Below, piece after piece: positions 61,536 through 64,000 of a stretch of DNA of 64,000 nucleotides. The first letter of the stretch is position 1, and each line of letters begins with the position of its first letter. The translations under genes were made by a program, and so were the position numbers. Location of the stretch: positions 19,022,508 through 19,086,507 of the forward strand of contig OZ316895.1 of NCBI GenBank assembly GCA_973895155.1, written 5' to 3'. This DNA comes from Marsupella aquatica. Lineage: Eukaryota; Plantae; Marchantiophyta. Below the pieces are notes generated by a model that saw nothing but the letters and a program-made list of their open reading frames with translations, ran no database searches and had not been told where the DNA came from.

Positions 61536-64000
61536 GGAGACAAGGGGACTAACAGTGAATAGTTATCCTCTCTCAAATCATAAGATATAAGATATACAAT
61601 AATTTCCTACATAATAAAACCTATTTCGGAAGTCATTTTGAGAAACTCAACCTATACTGTACCTACAGCAATCATAGAAAAGATAACTTTTCTTTGCTTA
61701 ATAGGTGCCTTCCGAGTATTAGCTAAACAGCCAAAAATACTGTTCAGAAGCACTGTCCAACGTCACCTCGGCGCGGCTGCTTGAAAGTGATCGCTAGCAT
61801 AGGTGCAAACTCTTACTGGAAGAAGAAACTCGTACGGTCTACTGTTCTAGTCAGAGTCTGACAGGGCGACCATACAATTTACAATCACTATTAAGGGAAT
61901 TTATAAGAAGTAGATCGTAAGTCCCTACGTTTTGTTTGCGAGGAAAAAGAAAAGACCGAACAATTTTAGTGGTCGTCGTAAATTGAAACTCACAACGGGC
62001 AGCGTACGGTAAAATAGATGGGGCAGTCGTATGCGTACCTTGTATACGGTTAAGGTTAGTCTGACCGTACCTCTTTTGCTTCTTCCGTATAGAATATCGT
62101 GGACCTAGAAAGAGCAAAATAATGGGGACGGTTCCTCATAAAAAGAGATTCTGCTACCGGCAGGGGCCGGTTGTCCGTCGATCGTTCTGACTGACGCACT
62201 GATGCGTCCTTTCGACTCTTGTTGGCTCCACTTCCCTGAGGAAGATTCCGGCCAACGTTTGCCGTACTTAGGTCCCGGTCGTCCGTGTTGTACGTCTAGG
62301 GATATGTCCCGGACGTCTGTCGGCAGCGGGCGAGAAAGCGCCAAATCGATTCCTGTAGGGAGCTCGGAGTCCATCATCTGTAAGGATCAACGGTCGTCCA
62401 TAGGCGAGCTTTGCAGAGTAGGAGTTTAATCAATCCAATGTCTGCGGTCGCTTTTAAATAAATTGGATAGAGACCGGGCTAAATAGGGTTTACAGCAACA
62501 ACTAGAATTAGAAAATTTGCTAAGAGACTATCAATAAACAATGACAAAGGAAAATTTACGAAGTGAGTTTTTAAAAGCTTACTGCACAAGGGACATTATA
62601 TTGAATAAAATTGAGTTGTTTAAATTTAGGGGAAAAGGGAAGTTTTTCAAAGCAGAAAAACTTGCATTCACCCAAAGAGCTGGCCCCTAATGCCAACTTC
62701 AAGTGATTTGATTGCAAGGTTTATTTAAGACATAAAAATCTATAATAGACCCTTCGCCACTATATAGTCTTGCTTTGTGTTTTTGCTACCAGTCATTTTA
62801 AGGAACAATGTTTGCGAGTTGGATCCACTGGGTTATGACTTTTTGTAATTCATAGGACAGCCTCGACACTGTTTTATTCTTTTGTCATTCATGACTTTTG
62901 TGACTTTAGTTTAAACCACCGCTGGTCACATCTAAGGGGAATTGTCCAAAGGTTCCCTCTTTTTTCTACATTCCACTCCTTCACTTCCTCTACCGTGCCA
63001 GTTTCCAGCAAGTCAGGAAAGAAAATACCATTAATGGGAAACTCCCAGGTTTGTTAATGGACAATGGCAATTTATGCAAACCAAAGGCCCTGGCGCCTCA
63101 TTCTACAGCGACAAACTAATTGAAATAACCGTGGTGCCAACCAAGCTCAAACTCGATAAGTACTTGTCATATTCCTCAATTAGACTTCCAATGCGATCTT
63201 CAATTCCATTTCCATTTCCATTTCGTTCGAAAAAGCCAAACAAAAGCTTGTCGCAGTAGGTCGCATGTAACGACTGTAGACAAGGAGGCAGACTACCGTA
63301 GTGACTAGTGAGAATGTTGTTGGGGCATTCGCGCCGGTAGACGAGAGGCAGTCGTTGAGTGCTGTCCGCTGGTATGTAGCGCAGCCAGGCGACGGTGCGC
63401 GGGAGAAGCACCGTACAGCACGTCATGTGAGACCTTGGTCCTTAGTACGCCAACCACAGTCGATCTACAAGATCGACGATTCGAAGGAGGTATATCTCTT
63501 TCGCAATGCAGCAGGCAAATGAAAGAGTAATGTACCGTCCACAATGGACTCCTGCCTGCCGCGAGTACCGTCACTGATGTTGAAAAATCCCTGAAACGGC
63601 CTGAGGATGCCGGGAACGGAACAGCGTAGGGGCAGCATGCCAGGTGGTCAATGAGGAAAGAGCCGAATAAATCGTACTGTGACTTACGACAGGTCGCGGC
63701 CCGGTCCGGTGCGGTCCGCGTGCTTACTCTGAAGATCTTCAGTCGCTCCTCTCGTACTGCACTCGACCGGGAATTGCGTTATTCTGACCGACAACCGTTT
63801 CCCTCAGCACGGTAAAATTTGGACGGGAAGCAACTTCAAGCAAAGCCACCAACCCGTGGCTGCCCGGCATCTGTACGGGATTGAGAGTGGAGAGACCTTT
63901 ACATAAATATTCCATCCGAGTTCTGCGCTTTTACTTATTACCTTTAGCGCACCCTTGAGTTTATGTGTTAGCTCGAATGACCCAGACCAATAGAATGTGG

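Overview
Eukaryotic, transposon-dense DNA, probably from a land plant (spliceosomal introns, plant-type Copia/L1/CACTA elements; a bryophyte origin is my inference only). No intact host gene, rRNA, tRNA or CRISPR array is evident. (1) 1-~7.9 kb: a decayed DNA transposon with a WRKY/GCM-finger MULE-like transposase (minus strand) head-to-head with a spliced gene fusing a ParB/Srx-like domain to a beta-class N6A/N4C DNA-methyltransferase-like domain. Its non-coding DNA carries 11 copies of the palindrome TAGCGCCNGGCGCTA. (2) ~8.7-13.1 kb: CACTA remnant plus Ulp1/RPA-like relics. (3) 13373-47528: a ~5.9 kb Bianca-type Copia (A) expanded to 34 kb by six nested insertions, all resolved by target-site duplications (TSDs): two sister Copia elements (B1, B2), three copies of a 4.0-4.7 kb TG...CA element (Y1-Y3) and a divergent relative (X). 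Y and X have no terminal direct repeats and no gag/pol but each carries one large ORF, so they are giant protein-coding solo-LTRs or LTR-less integrase-mobilised elements. (4) 47.7-58.2 kb: L1-type LINEs, one near full length with a 13-bp TSD inside another LINE, plus a MITE-like insert. (5) 58-64 kb: mostly unassigned. The two best candidates for an undescribed system are the ParB-MTase/palindrome transposon and the ORF-bearing Y/X elements. All domain calls come from reading motifs by eye, not from database searches.
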